Source: Methanomicrobiaceae archaeon
Lineage (GTDB): Archaea > Halobacteriota > Methanomicrobia > Methanomicrobiales > Methanomicrobiaceae
Assembly: GCA_029762625.1 (NCBI GenBank)
Contig: JARVGI010000003.1
Location: 81,909 to 145,908, forward strand
DNA length: 64,000 bases
Direction of reading: 5' to 3'
The position numbers and the translations under genes are program-made. Below are positions 46,353 to 56,647 of the stretch, piece after piece. Below the pieces are notes generated by a model. It saw nothing but the letters and a program-made list of their open reading frames with translations, was not told the DNA's origin and did not search any database. The first letter of the stretch is position 1. Each line of letters starts with the position of its first letter.

Positions 46353-47021
46353 ATGTACGTCATCGTCGTCGGCCTTGGAGGCATTGGCAGAAACCTCGCC
46401 GCGATTGCCGTGGATCGAGGCGACAATGTGGTCGTGATCGATCAGGATGAGAACCGCTGCGGTGAGATCCTCGAGCACTACGATGTGCTGGCCATCACCG
46501 GCAATGCCACGGACAAGTCAATTCTCGAAGATGCGGGCATCGACCGTGCGGATTCCCTGGTGGCCACCACGAGCGACGATGCGGTCAACCTGATGACCTG
46601 CTGGCTTGCCAAGCGGTTTCAGGTGCCCAACGTGGTCTCGATCGTGAACCAGAAGGAGCATTCGGATCTCTTCAACGAGGTGGGGGTGAAGATCAGCGAG
46701 AACCCGGACGAGCTCGTGGCAAACCGCCTCTACTACTGGTCGGAAAACCCGCACATGCAGCAGCTGGCCTCCATTCCGGGCGGCACCATCTTCGAGGTGG
46801 TGGCGGAGGAGGGCGCTCCCTTCATCGACCACGAGATCCGGGAGCTGGAGGTCAAGAATTTCGTGTTCATCGCCATACGGAGGGCGGGCGGTGACCTGAT
46901 CATCCCCAGCGGGACGGTAAAAATCCGGCCAGACGATATCATTACCGTATTTTCCAAAAAAGAGGCCGAGAATGAATGCATCAAAACGCTCAACAAACAG
47001 CTGAAGCGCTCATCCAAGTGA
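46353..47021 (+). CDS. trkA: TrkA-family K+ transport regulatory protein (RCK: TrkA-N plus TrkA-C)
   Basis: [16 protein letters not shown] (Rossmann GxGxxG) and a C-terminal TrkA-C like [25 protein letters not shown]. Confidence 0.8.
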   Translation: MYVIVVGLGGIGRNLAAIAVDRGDNVVVIDQDENRCGEILEHYDVLAITGNATDKSILEDAGIDRADSLVATTSDDAVNLMTCWLAKRFQVPNVVSIVNQKEHSDLFNEVGVKISENPDELVANRLYYWSENPHMQQLASIPGGTIFEVVAEEGAPFIDHEIRELEVKNFVFIAIRRAGGDLIIPSGTVKIRPDDIITVFSKKEAENECIKTLNKQLKRSSK

Positions 47022-48206
47022 TTTTTTCAGCGCCTGCAGCTCGACCAGCATCTTGGGGTTATGCTGGATGAGCTCCCGGACAAGTGTCAGGGTGCTGAAT
47101 TTATCCATCTTGATCTTTTTTGCCGAATTGATCAGCATATTGAGTTTTTCGTCATCCAGCGTGATGAAATACTCCTTGATCTTGTAGTTGCGCTCGATGG
47201 CTTTACCCATCGTTGATTCCCGCCAGGTGCGGTCGTAGACCGCCAAAGCCTCGCGGTTCACGTCGCCTTTTCCGATGCAGTCCGCAGCAACCTTTCCGGC
47301 AAGGTTGCCGGTGTACATGGCATTGTAAATGCCCCCGCCGGTGATGGGGTCGGAGAGGCGCGCCGCATCGCCGACCATGATCAGGCCGTTGGCGACGGTG
47401 CACGGAAGCGGCCTGCACACCGATACGCCGCCCACGATGAGCTCGATTATCTTCCCTTCGGGGAAGTGCCGGCGGACGAATGTATCGAGGTAGTCGCGTG
47501 CCCGGTGCCCGTTGCCGCTCTTTTTTCCCGAGATCCCGATGCCGACGTTCGCTCTCCGCTCCCCCTTGGGAAAGACCCAGACATAGCCTTCGGGGGCGAC
47601 CTCGTTGCCCAGATAAAAGACCGTGAGCCCGGGGTCGATGTCGATATCTGTCATGAGATACTGGGCGCAGGTCTCCAGTTCCGCCAGGGGTATCGCGGTG
47701 TCAATGCCGCACCAGCGGGCGAATTTCGATTCAACGCCGTCTGCGGCAATGGTCACCATGGCGCGGACTTCCTTTCGGGAGCCCATGTACTCCACGATCG
47801 CCCCCCGGACGAGCCCGTCTTCCACGATGGCGTCGACCGCCCGCGCTTTGACAAACACGTCGGCGCCGGCTTCCGCGGCCTTCCAGACCAGTTCGCGGTC
47901 GAAAATCTTGCGGTCGAGTACGTAGCCGACCTCGTTGCCGGCCATATCAGGGGCGAGGTTGAGTTCGCCGCCGTCGGGGGCGATAATGCGCGCCCCGTCG
48001 ATCTTTGCGGCGATCCAGCGGGGGTCGGGATCGATAAATTCAGTGAGGAGCTCTTCGCCCACGCCCTCGGCGCACCGGACCGGGGTGCCGATGGCAGGCC
48101 GTTTTTCAATGATGCAGGCCGAAAGCCCTGCTTCTACTGCGGCTTTCGCCGCCATCGCACCGCCAGGCCCTCCGCCGACGACCAGCACATCATACTCACT
48201 CTTCAT
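47010..48206 (-). CDS. Geranylgeranyl reductase family flavoprotein (digeranylgeranylglycerophospholipid reductase-like)
   Basis: Start [23 protein letters not shown] at 48206 (FAD GxGxxG). [17 protein letters not shown] motif. Confidence 0.85.
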   Translation of the reverse strand: MKSEYDVLVVGGGPGGAMAAKAAVEAGLSACIIEKRPAIGTPVRCAEGVGEELLTEFIDPDPRWIAAKIDGARIIAPDGGELNLAPDMAGNEVGYVLDRKIFDRELVWKAAEAGADVFVKARAVDAIVEDGLVRGAIVEYMGSRKEVRAMVTIAADGVESKFARWCGIDTAIPLAELETCAQYLMTDIDIDPGLTVFYLGNEVAPEGYVWVFPKGERRANVGIGISGKKSGNGHRARDYLDTFVRRHFPEGKIIELIVGGVSVCRPLPCTVANGLIMVGDAARLSDPITGGGIYNAMYTGNLAGKVAADCIGKGDVNREALAVYDRTWRESTMGKAIERNYKIKEYFITLDDEKLNMLINSAKKIKMDKFSTLTLVRELIQHNPKMLVELQALKKSLG

Positions 48207-48381
48207 TGGTGACCTCCAGCGCCCCCAGCGGGCACACCCGCGCACAGATGCCGCAGTTGACGCAGGCATCGCTGACACTGAGGTACGCGTCGATCAGTTC
48301 CAGTGCACCTTCCGGACAGACCGAGACGCACGCACCGCAGTATCCACACACCTCCCTGTGTATGTTGAGCATTGTGAACAT
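48196..48381 (-). CDS. 2x[4Fe-4S] ferredoxin, overlapping the reductase start by 11 nt
   Basis: 61 aa with [12 protein letters not shown] and [12 protein letters not shown]. Confidence 0.8.
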   Translation of the reverse strand: MFTMLNIHREVCGYCGACVSVCPEGALELIDAYLSVSDACVNCGICARVCPLGALEVTNEE

Positions 48382-48598
48382 GTTGTGTGCCGGTTTGTAT
48401 AACCTTTACTAAGTCCGTAGAGCGTGCACAGCCCGGATTAGAAGGCTAATTCCGGCCGGATGTGTCCGGTGTCAGCCGGACGGTCGCCCTTTCGGTCGTT
48501 TTGTTCGCAACAACACAAACCCCACATGGTGGAGAGCGCGCACGACCTCGTCGTGAATAACAACAGTTTATACCTTCTTCGGCAGAAATTGTACCCAA

Positions 48599-49129
48599 AT
48601 GGGGGTTGAAATGAGAGGAGGGCCGACGCAGGACGAGATCCTGGCGATATCCCTCGCCAAGATGGACCTGCGGGACGGCGATGTGGTTGCCGATATCGGC
48701 TGCGGCACGGGAAAGGTTGCCATCGCCGCCGCCCGCCGTGCCGCGCGCGTGATTGCGGTGGACCGGCGCCCCGAAGCGATTGCGGTTACCCGTGAAGCGC
48801 TCATGAAGGCGGGGTGTGCGAATGTCGACCTCATCGGGGGCGAGGGCGCGATGGTGCTCGAAAGCGTGGATTTCCTGGACTGTGCGTTTGTGGGGGGATC
48901 GCGGGACCTTGAGAGGGTCCTCAAAATGCTCTCCTCGCGGGTGCGGCGTTCCGTGGTCGTCAATGCCGTGCTGCTGGAAACCCTGCACCAGGCGGTGGAA
49001 ACACTCGGTGCGCTCGGGTTTGCCGTGGAAGTGGTGCACGTGCAGGTTACACGCTCCCGGTCCCTTGCCGGCGGACTGATGCTTGTACCGATCAACCCCG
49101 TCTTCATCATCACCGGGAGGCGCACCTGA
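48599..49129 (+). CDS. cbiT: Cobalt-precorrin-6B C15-methyltransferase (decarboxylating)
   Basis: SAM-binding VVADIGCGTGKVAIAAA; size (176 aa) and position at the head of the cbi operon. Confidence 0.8.
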   Translation: MGVEMRGGPTQDEILAISLAKMDLRDGDVVADIGCGTGKVAIAAARRAARVIAVDRRPEAIAVTREALMKAGCANVDLIGGEGAMVLESVDFLDCAFVGGSRDLERVLKMLSSRVRRSVVVNAVLLETLHQAVETLGALGFAVEVVHVQVTRSRSLAGGLMLVPINPVFIITGRRT

Positions 49130-49737
49130 TGTTCGTGGCCGTGGGCCTCGGCCCGGGCGATCCCGAGCTTCTGACCGTGCGGGCGGTGCGCCTGCTCAGA
49201 GAGGCGGATGCGGTCTTCGTGCCCGGCGATGTCGCCCGCGCCATCGTCGCGCCCTACCGCACCGATGCAACCGTGCTGGACTTTCCGATGACGGACGACG
49301 AGGAGTACATCAGGAGATGCATGGAGGAGAATGCCGACAGGATCGCGCCTGCGGCACGGCGGGGGCTTGCGGTCTTCGGGCTGCTCGGGGACCCCCACTT
49401 CTTCGGGACCGCGTCCCGGCTCTTTGCGGTGCTCCATGAGCGCCACCCGGTGATAGCGTGCCGGACGGTGCCCGGGATTTCCGCCATCACCGCCTTTGCC
49501 TCCGCCGCCGGTATCGATGTGAACGGCGGCATATGCGTGAGCGACGGTTCAGTGGTGGATGCCCGTCTCCTCCTCAAGGTCACCCGGCCGAGAGAGACGG
49601 CGGCAGGGCTCAAACAGGAGGGATTTTCGGAATGCGTCCTTGTGGAGCGGATGTTCATGGAAGGCCAGAAGATATACCGGAATGAAGAATTGCCCGAAAA
49701 GAGTCCTTATTTTTCGGTGCTGTTTGCGAGGCGGTGA
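49129..49737 (+). CDS. cbiL: Cobalt-factor II (precorrin-2) C20-methyltransferase
   Basis: MFVAVGLGPGDPELLTVRAV...GDPHFFG...VPGISA (TP methylase family). ATGA overlap with cbiT. Confidence 0.8.
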   Translation: MFVAVGLGPGDPELLTVRAVRLLREADAVFVPGDVARAIVAPYRTDATVLDFPMTDDEEYIRRCMEENADRIAPAARRGLAVFGLLGDPHFFGTASRLFAVLHERHPVIACRTVPGISAITAFASAAGIDVNGGICVSDGSVVDARLLLKVTRPRETAAGLKQEGFSECVLVERMFMEGQKIYRNEELPEKSPYFSVLFARR

Positions 49738-49738
49738 G

Positions 49739-50455
49739 ATGGGGTACGTCTACGTCGTCGGTGCCGGGCCCGGAGCCCCCGACCTGATCACGGTCCGGGG
49801 GCAGCGGCTCCTCGACGCCGCCGATGTGCTCATCTATGCCGGGTCGCTGGTCAACCCCGCGCTGGTGGCGTCCTCCCCTGCCGCCGAGAAGTACGACAGC
49901 TGGGGGATGAGCCTCGAGGAGCTGGTGACGGTGATGGCCGGAGCGGTCGCCGAGGGGAAGACGGTGGTCCGCCTGCACTCGGGAGACCCGTCCCTGTACG
50001 GGGCGGTCGTCGAGCAGATGGCCGAACTGGAGGCGCGGGGCATCGAGGTGGAGGTCGTGCCGGGGGTCTCAAGCCTCTTCGGGGCGGCCGCGGCGTTGAA
50101 GACCCAGCTCACATTGCGCGGGGTCTCCGACTCGGTCATCCTTACCCGTCCTGCAGGAGCGACCCTCGCGAAAGACCAGATCGCCGAATTCTCCCGCCTG
50201 GGTACCACGATGGTCGTGTTCCTGGGCACCGAACACCTGGAAGCGGTGGTGGACCGGCTGGAGTGCCCGCCCGAGACTCCCGCGGCCGTGGTCTACCATG
50301 CCACCTGGCCGGATGAACTGGTCGTCAGGGGCACCGTTGCCGACATCGCACCGAAAGCCCGTGCGGCCGGGATTGAAAAAACCGCGCTGATCGTCATCGG
50401 GGGCGTGGTGGACTCCACCCGCTCCTCGTTTTCTCGATCGCACCTCTACCAATGA
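49739..50455 (+). CDS. cbiF: Cobalt-precorrin-4 C11-methyltransferase
   Basis: Start ATG 49739. VYVVGAGPGAPDLITVRG...VVRLHSGDPSLYGA...VPGVSS. Confidence 0.85.
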   Translation: MGYVYVVGAGPGAPDLITVRGQRLLDAADVLIYAGSLVNPALVASSPAAEKYDSWGMSLEELVTVMAGAVAEGKTVVRLHSGDPSLYGAVVEQMAELEARGIEVEVVPGVSSLFGAAAALKTQLTLRGVSDSVILTRPAGATLAKDQIAEFSRLGTTMVVFLGTEHLEAVVDRLECPPETPAAVVYHATWPDELVVRGTVADIAPKARAAGIEKTALIVIGGVVDSTRSSFSRSHLYQ

Positions 50456-51324
50456 AGACTGCCGTGGTAATCTCGCTCGGGCGCTTCGAAACGAAGGCCC
50501 GGGATATCGGCGAAAGGATCGGGGCGGACTACCTGCCCTATGACCGCAACGCATTTGCGGAAGCGTTCGGGCGATACGACCGCATCATCGCCCTGATGTC
50601 GGCGGGGATTGCGGTTCGCGCCGTCGCCCCGCTGCTGCGCGACAAGTGGGTGGATCCTGCCGTGGTGGTGGTGAGCCCTGATCTGCGGTTCGCCGTCCCC
50701 CTCGTCGGGGGCCACCATGGCGCAAACGACCTTGCACGGCAGCTCGGGGACCTCGGCATGATCCCGGTGCTCAGCACCGCCACCGAGACTGCCGGCCGTC
50801 CGTCGGTGGAGGGTATCGCCCGGGATCAGGAGCGCGTGGTGCTCACGCGCGACGCAACGCGGGCGGTCAACGCCGCCCTGCTCGACGGGACGGTGCCGGT
50901 CGTGCCGGTCGCCGGGCCGGCTCTTGTCATCGCCGACCCGGGGGTGGCCATCCTGCTGCGGCCGGGTGCGTATGTGGTGGGCGTCGGCTGCCGGCGGGGT
51001 GTTGCGGCGGATGAGGTCCGGTCGGCGATCGAACAGGCCCTCGACAGTGCGGGGATATCCCCGGACAAGGTGCTCGCCTATGCGACCACCACGCACAAAC
51101 AGCACGAACGCGGGCTTGCGGAGGCGGTGGTGTCGCTGGGGGGCACCCTTGTATTCGTGGACGATGCCGCCATCAACCGCCAGGACGCCCTATCGCCTTC
51201 GCGTGCCGCGCTCATCGGCCTTTCGGGCGTGGCAGAGCCGGCAGCGCTGGCGCTCGCACGCCACGGGGACCTTGTCATGAAGAAAACCATTTTCGGGAGC
51301 GTGACCATTGCAATCGCACGATAA
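50452..51324 (+). CDS. cbiG: Cobalt-precorrin-5A hydrolase
   Basis: 290 aa. MSAGIAVRAVAPLLRDKWVDPAVVVV...PLVGGHHGANDLA...VGVGCRRG are CbiG N, mid and C blocks. Confidence 0.85.
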   Translation: MKTAVVISLGRFETKARDIGERIGADYLPYDRNAFAEAFGRYDRIIALMSAGIAVRAVAPLLRDKWVDPAVVVVSPDLRFAVPLVGGHHGANDLARQLGDLGMIPVLSTATETAGRPSVEGIARDQERVVLTRDATRAVNAALLDGTVPVVPVAGPALVIADPGVAILLRPGAYVVGVGCRRGVAADEVRSAIEQALDSAGISPDKVLAYATTTHKQHERGLAEAVVSLGGTLVFVDDAAINRQDALSPSRAALIGLSGVAEPAALALARHGDLVMKKTIFGSVTIAIAR

Positions 51325-52090
51325 AACACGGGGAAAACTCTACATTGTGGGAATCGGGCCGGGGAGCCCGGAAACACTCACCGGACAGGCCCGCCGGGCA
51401 CTTGCCGGGGCGGACTGCATCATCGGCAACACCTTCTACCTGGCCCAGATCGAGGATCTCTGCGCCGGCAAGGAGGTCATCCGCAGCACCATGGGACGGG
51501 AGGTGGACCGGGCAAAACAGTGCATCGACCTCGCCGGAATGAGCGTGGTTGCCATGGTGAGCGGGGGCGATCCCGGGGTCTACGGGATGGCGAGCATCGT
51601 CCTCGAAGTGCTGGCGCAGTCCGGCGCTGAGGTGGAGGTGGAGGTGGTGCCGGGGGTGACCGCGGCCACCGCTGCGGCGTCGCTGCTGGGATCGCCGCTC
51701 TCCGGCGATCACGTCACGCTCTCGCTCTCCGACCTGCTCACCCCCCGCGAGGAGATCGAGCGGCGCCTGCACCTGGCGTTCCAGATGAAGGTGCCGGTGG
51801 CGCTCTACAACCCGAAAAGCAGGGGGAGGCCGCACAATCTTGGCATGGCGCTTGACATTGCCCTCGCGCACCTGCCCGGCAGCACGCCGGTGGGCGTGGT
51901 GCAGAATGCCTTCCGCGAGGGCGAGAAACGGGTCGTCACCACCCTGCAGGCGCTGCGGGACGATGACCGTTCCGTGGACATGCGCTCTCTCGTGATCGTG
52001 GGGGGCGAAGAATCGAGAATCTGGGAGATGAACGGAGATGTCAGAGGAATCATCACGCCGAGAGGCTACCACCGGAAATACGTATATTGA
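51308..52090 (+). CDS. cbiH: Cobalt-factor III (precorrin-3B) C17-methyltransferase
   Basis: GKLYIVGIGPGSPETLT...VSGGDPGVYGMAS...VPGVTA. Only a TTG (51308) is available upstream of the conserved N-terminus. Confidence 0.85.
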   Translation: MQSHDKTRGKLYIVGIGPGSPETLTGQARRALAGADCIIGNTFYLAQIEDLCAGKEVIRSTMGREVDRAKQCIDLAGMSVVAMVSGGDPGVYGMASIVLEVLAQSGAEVEVEVVPGVTAATAAASLLGSPLSGDHVTLSLSDLLTPREEIERRLHLAFQMKVPVALYNPKSRGRPHNLGMALDIALAHLPGSTPVGVVQNAFREGEKRVVTTLQALRDDDRSVDMRSLVIVGGEESRIWEMNGDVRGIITPRGYHRKYVY

Positions 52091-52709
52091 CCCCGGCGCC
52101 GACACGCCGGAAGGCTACGCCATCTCCCGCTCGAGCAGGGAGCTGGCCCGCCGCGTGGTAGGTGACCGCACGCCAGAAGACCGCATCCGCCAGCGGTGCG
52201 CCATCGCGGTGGGCGACTTCGTCATGGCCGATCTGGTCATCGTCCACCCCGGCGCCATCGGGGCCGGCATCGCCGCGCTCGAGCGGGGCGCACCCATCAT
52301 TGCCGACATCCGCATGGTGCAGATGGGCGTCCGCAAACGGGAGCACGAGAGCGAGGTACTCTGCGCCCTCGATTTCGGCGAAAAGATCGCACGGGACCGG
52401 GGCATCACCCGCAGTTCCGCGGGCTTCGAAGCGCTGCGGGAACGCATGGAAGGCGCCATCGTGGTGGTGGGCAACGCCCCCTCCGCCCTGCTCGCCCTCT
52501 GCCGCATGATCGACGAGGGAGTACGGCCGGCACTGGTGGTCGGCATGGCGGTGGGGTTCGTCAAAGCCGCCGAATCAAAAGAACTGCTGCGATCCCATGC
52601 GGTCCCCTCCATTTCCACCCGCGGCACGCGGGGCGGGACGCCCCCCGCGGTGGCGGCGGCGAACGAGATCATCACCATGTACGTGGAGAGGCGGGAGGCA
52701 CCGGGGTGA
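52038..52709 (+). CDS. cbiC: Cobalt-precorrin-8 methylmutase
   Basis: VGNAPSALLAL and STRGTRGG(T)PPAVAAAN blocks of CbiC/CobH. The only standard start (ATG 52038) overlaps cbiH by 53 nt, so the start is uncertain. Confidence 0.8.
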   Translation: MSEESSRREATTGNTYIDPGADTPEGYAISRSSRELARRVVGDRTPEDRIRQRCAIAVGDFVMADLVIVHPGAIGAGIAALERGAPIIADIRMVQMGVRKREHESEVLCALDFGEKIARDRGITRSSAGFEALRERMEGAIVVVGNAPSALLALCRMIDEGVRPALVVGMAVGFVKAAESKELLRSHAVPSISTRGTRGGTPPAVAAANEIITMYVERREAPG

Positions 52710-53716
52710 CGGTGCGGGATCCGGTGACAGGGTTCGAGTACCCGGAGCGGTGGGTCGAGGCGTGCACCGACGAAAACGATCTCCTGCAGGCTGAGTCGGG
52801 GTTCGGGGTGCTCACGTCGTCGGGAAAGGTGCTGCGCCGCGGCCTTACCACCGGGACGACGGCGGCTGCGGCCTGCAAGGCGGCGGTGCTCTCCCTTCTT
52901 TCGCCCCTCTCCACCGTGGCGGTGCGCCTTCCCTGCGGGCTTGCCGCCGTCCTTCCCGTGGAGGCGGAGGGCGGACGTGCCGTGGCGCGCAAGGACCCCG
53001 GGGATTACCGTGACGATATCACCGGCGGGCTCGCCTTCGAGGCCACCGCAGTCGAGACCGGGGAGGGAATTGTATTCGTCGCCGGTCCCGGGATCGGGCG
53101 GTTTATCCGGGACACGCCCCGGTATGCGAAGGGAGATCCGGCCGTCAGCGCCACTGCCGGCTGGTGCATCGAGAACGCCATACGGGAGGCGGTGGAGGAG
53201 ACCGGGATTGCGGGGGCCCGCGTCACCCTCGCCATTCCCCGCGGGGCAGAGATCGGGGCGCAGACCCTCAACCCCCGCGTTGGCGTGGAGGGGGGCATCT
53301 CGGTGCTCGGCTCGACAGGTCTGGTCGAGCCCTGGGACGACCACCTCACCGAATCCGCATTCGCCCGGATCGCCGGGGCCGACCGGGTGGTGCTCACCAC
53401 CGGGCGGCTGGGGCTTCGCTACTCGCGCATGCTCTTTCCCGGCCACGAGGTGGTGCTGGTGGGCAAGCATCTCCGGAGAGGCCTTGAGGCCGCGCGGGGG
53501 GAGGTGATCCTCTGCGGGCTGCCGGCGCTGATCCTGAAATTCATCGATCCGTCCATCCTCGAGGACACCGGGCATGCCACCGTGGAGGAGCTCGCCGTCT
53601 CCCCCCACTTTTCGGCGATCGTGGAGGGAGCGCTCCGCACCTTCAGGGAGCGGTTCCCCGGCGCGCGGGTGGTAATCGTGGACCGTGAAGGCGGGATCGT
53701 GGGGGATTCGGGATGA
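52706..53716 (+). CDS. cbiD: Cobalt-precorrin-5B C1-methyltransferase
   Basis: GTG 52706 overlaps the cbiC TGA (GTGA). LRRGLTTGTTAAAACKAAV is the CbiD N-terminal signature. The long upstream extension of ORF 52196.. is antisense-type noise. Confidence 0.85.
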   Translation: MTVRDPVTGFEYPERWVEACTDENDLLQAESGFGVLTSSGKVLRRGLTTGTTAAAACKAAVLSLLSPLSTVAVRLPCGLAAVLPVEAEGGRAVARKDPGDYRDDITGGLAFEATAVETGEGIVFVAGPGIGRFIRDTPRYAKGDPAVSATAGWCIENAIREAVEETGIAGARVTLAIPRGAEIGAQTLNPRVGVEGGISVLGSTGLVEPWDDHLTESAFARIAGADRVVLTTGRLGLRYSRMLFPGHEVVLVGKHLRRGLEAARGEVILCGLPALILKFIDPSILEDTGHATVEELAVSPHFSAIVEGALRTFRERFPGARVVIVDREGGIVGDSG

Positions 53717-54294
53717 AGATCGTCGGGGTCGGCTGCGGGCCGGGGTTGCTCACCGAAGAGGTGATCGCTACGATAGCCGCAGCCCGGCTCATCTACGGGT
53801 CGGGACGGGCCATCGATCTTGCTGCCGCCCACATTCCCGCCGGGTGTGCGGTGCACGAGATCACCGACTATGCGCGCCTGCGGGAGCTCCCCGCCCATGC
53901 CGTGGTGCTCTCCACCGGCGACCCGATGCTCGCGGGGCTCGGCTTTCTCGGGGGCGAGGTCATCCCCGGCATCTCCTCGATGCAGGTGGCGTTCGCCCGG
54001 CTGGCCCTCTCCCTCACCCGTGCGGTGGTAGTCAACGCCCACGGCAAAGACCACGATGCCGCGGTTGCGGAGACTGCTGCGGAGATCGGGCGGGGCCGGG
54101 TGGTCTTCCTCATCGCCGATCCGGCATTTGCGGTGACGGCACTGGCCGCAGCGCTCAGGGAGACCAGCCCGCACTGCCGCATCGCCGTCTGCGAGCACCT
54201 GGGCTATCCTGGCGAGCGGGTGGCGGTGGGCACCGCCGCCGATCCCCCCGTGCCCGTCGGGGATCTCTTCGTGGTGGTTGCGGGCGGCTTCTGA
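53713..54294 (+). CDS. cbiE: Cobalt-precorrin-7 C5-methyltransferase
   Basis: MKIVGVGCGPGLLTEE...STGDPMLAG...IPGISS. ATGA overlap with cbiD. Confidence 0.8.
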   Translation: MKIVGVGCGPGLLTEEVIATIAAARLIYGSGRAIDLAAAHIPAGCAVHEITDYARLRELPAHAVVLSTGDPMLAGLGFLGGEVIPGISSMQVAFARLALSLTRAVVVNAHGKDHDAAVAETAAEIGRGRVVFLIADPAFAVTALAAALRETSPHCRIAVCEHLGYPGERVAVGTAADPPVPVGDLFVVVAGGF

Positions 54295-54306
54295 CCGTCC
54301 TCATTC

Positions 54307-55482
54307 TCACCAGTGGACGCTCTGCGGCAGCTCCAGCCGCTCAACCGCAATTGCGGTACCGCTCTCCTCGCGGTACGACTGTATCCTGCGCAGGGTATGA
54401 TCGATCATGCCTCCCGAGGTGAGAATGAGGGCTGTCTCCCCGGCAAGCGCTTTCAGGATGCAACGGTCGATGACCCCGTAGGAGACATCGAGATCAATGC
54501 CCTGCTGGCGGGCAGAGCGTTTCGCCTTTGATCCCATGGCGCCGATGCAGCTGATTCCCCGGTCGGCAGCCAGCGCGGCAATCGCGTCATCAGGATACCT
54601 GTCTGCGTCGCACAGGAGGATTGTTCCCGTGGGCCTGTTGCCGTCCACGCCAAGGCGCTGCTCCAGTGCATCGAGAAGGGAAACCATGCCGGACGGGGCG
54701 TCGCCGCTCCCGAGGATTCCCCTACGGGCCAGCTGCTGAACAAGATCGGTGAGCAGGGGGGGCTTCAAGTGCGCCCTTTGCAGCAGCGCTTCATCGGCAA
54801 ACATCTCGCAGGGCGGCCCGGAGGCGAGAATCCTCCCGCTGTGCATAAAAACGGCTTCGTCCGCCCACCGGTAGGCCAGCTCGACATCATGGGTGGAGAG
54901 GAGGATGGTCCTGCCCGCAACGTTGAGTTCGTCGAGCAGGTCCATGATCTCTTCTGCACCGGCGGGATCGAGCGATGCGGTGGGCTCGTCGAACACGAGC
55001 ACTTCCGGGTCCATGGCAAGGACGCCCGCGATTGCAACCCGTTTTTTCTCCCCGCCGGAGAGATGGTGGGGCGGGCGTTTTCGAGCGTCTGCAAGCCCCA
55101 CATCGTGCAGGGCGCGCTGGACCACGGCGTCGAGTTCCTCCCCCTCGAGGCCGAGGTTCAGGGGGCCGAATGCCACGTCCTGGTAGACCGTGGGTGCGAA
55201 CACCTGCATATCCGCGTTCTGAAAGACGAGGCCCACGGTTTTGCGCACGGTGCGCAGCGAGCGCGCATCATAGCCGATGGGCGCTCCTTTGAGAATCACC
55301 TGGCCGCGATCCGGCCTGAGCGTCCCGTTGCACAGAAGCAGCAGCGTGGTCTTCCCCGCGCCGTTGGGCCCGACCAGGGCGACCTTGCTCCCCCTGCGGA
55401 TGGCAAGCGAGATATCGTTGAGCGCGGGAGACAGGGTGGGGTAGGCGAAGTGCACCCCGCGAAGTTCAAGGACCTTATCCAT
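54307..55482 (-). CDS. cbiO: Cobalt ECF/ABC transporter ATPase CbiO with about 105-aa extra C-terminal domain
   Basis: Walker A GPNGAGKTT, signature LSGGEKKRVAIAG, Walker B VLVFDEPT. 391 aa, whereas I would expect about 280. Confidence 0.85.
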   Translation of the reverse strand: MDKVLELRGVHFAYPTLSPALNDISLAIRRGSKVALVGPNGAGKTTLLLLCNGTLRPDRGQVILKGAPIGYDARSLRTVRKTVGLVFQNADMQVFAPTVYQDVAFGPLNLGLEGEELDAVVQRALHDVGLADARKRPPHHLSGGEKKRVAIAGVLAMDPEVLVFDEPTASLDPAGAEEIMDLLDELNVAGRTILLSTHDVELAYRWADEAVFMHSGRILASGPPCEMFADEALLQRAHLKPPLLTDLVQQLARRGILGSGDAPSGMVSLLDALEQRLGVDGNRPTGTILLCDADRYPDDAIAALAADRGISCIGAMGSKAKRSARQQGIDLDVSYGVIDRCILKALAGETALILTSGGMIDHTLRRIQSYREESGTAIAVERLELPQSVHW

Positions 55483-55503
55483 GTATTCTCTCCTCCGGGT
55501 TCG

Positions 55504-56271
55504 TCACCCGGGTAGAATCATGAGGGCGATGCAGGTGCCGAGGTACACTGCCGCCGCACACAGTGCTCTGGACGAGGGACGGCAACCCTGCTCGATGACA
55601 CTGAGTTTGCCGTCGTAGCAGCGCGCATCCATGGTCCGCAGCAGATCCTCGCCCTTCTCCCAGCTGCGCAGGAAGAGCATGGCGGCGAGCATAGAGAAGG
55701 CGGAGATCGAATTCCTGAAGGTGGTGTACCCGTGCCGCATCACCTGGGCATTCCTGATTGCGATCGCCTCGCCGATGAGGATGAAGATGTAGCGGTAGAT
55801 GAGCATTGAGAGATCGATGAACTCCTGCGGGAGGCGCAAGCAGCGCATCACCCCGAAGAGCTCCACCGCCGGGGTGGTGAGGGCGATGAAAAAGAGAGCG
55901 CTCATGCCGCCGAATGTCCTTGCCAGAAGCAGAAGGGCAAGGTCTGCGCTCTCTGCGGTCACGGCGAGGTGCTGGCCGAGTACCGACCACGCCCAGATCT
56001 CCCCGCCACCGCCTGTGAGCAACAGGATGACGATGCAGCTTGTCACGGCGAATGAAACCGGGACGGTGAGCAGGCGGAGATATATGCCGACCGGGATGCG
56101 AGCGAGCAACACGACGGCGCAACCGAGGGAGATGCCGATGAACAGGGGTGCGTACGGTGTCGCCGACAGGATCCCGATGAGGATGCAGCTGCAGCCGAGG
56201 AGCAGTTTCAGGCGAGTGTCGACCTCTCGCAGTCCGTTGGTATGCGCGTAATCATCCAGGATATGTTCCAT
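55504..56271 (-). CDS. cbiQ: Cobalt ECF transporter T component CbiQ
   Basis: 255 aa, multi-TM. Conserved ARxxxR-type cytoplasmic loop (AIRNAQVMRG...). Position between cbiN and cbiO. Confidence 0.8.
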   Translation of the reverse strand: MEHILDDYAHTNGLREVDTRLKLLLGCSCILIGILSATPYAPLFIGISLGCAVVLLARIPVGIYLRLLTVPVSFAVTSCIVILLLTGGGGEIWAWSVLGQHLAVTAESADLALLLLARTFGGMSALFFIALTTPAVELFGVMRCLRLPQEFIDLSMLIYRYIFILIGEAIAIRNAQVMRHGYTTFRNSISAFSMLAAMLFLRSWEKGEDLLRTMDARCYDGKLSVIEQGCRPSSRALCAAAVYLGTCIALMILPG

Positions 56272-56347
56272 CGCACCCCTCCCAGGCAGGGTACCCGGTC
56301 ATGGGTACAATCGGGTGAAAAATATGTGAATGGCTGGCCAGAGTTCG

Positions 56348-56647
56348 TCACCCCGAAGCTTTCTTCCCCCGATAGTAGCCGAAGAAGTAGCCGATGACGA
56401 TCGCACCGATCGCGGCCTGCAGGGAAAAGAAGAGCGACTCGATCTCACCGCTCGGGGGCTCCCAGACGGGATCGAACCAGGGCGTATAGCCGCTGCCCTC
56501 GATAATCTCCGCGGCGGCGCCGTCGGCGCCTCCCCAGGCCTCCTCGCCTTCGCCGAGGTTTGCCTGGATTGCAGTGTTCTGCACAAGGAAGAGTGCTGCG
56601 AAGATGACAAGGACTCCTATCACCACGAGTTCAAGCCCGTATTTCAT
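56348..56647 (-). CDS. cbiN: Cobalt transport protein CbiN
   Basis: 99 aa, two terminal TM helices. GYTPWF...[13 protein letters not shown]-type motif. Confidence 0.8.
   Translation of the reverse strand: MKYGLELVVIGVLVIFAALFLVQNTAIQANLGEGEEAWGGADGAAAEIIEGSGYTPWFDPVWEPPSGEIESLFFSLQAAIGAIVIGYFFGYYRGKKASG

Noticed and set aside
52115-53608. 497-aa minus-strand ORF, and the 170-codon upstream extension of the cbiD frame (52196..52705)
   Set aside because: The ORF is antisense to, or out of frame with, cbiC and cbiD. CbiD homology begins at GTG 52706, and the extension is Arg/Gly/Pro-rich noise.
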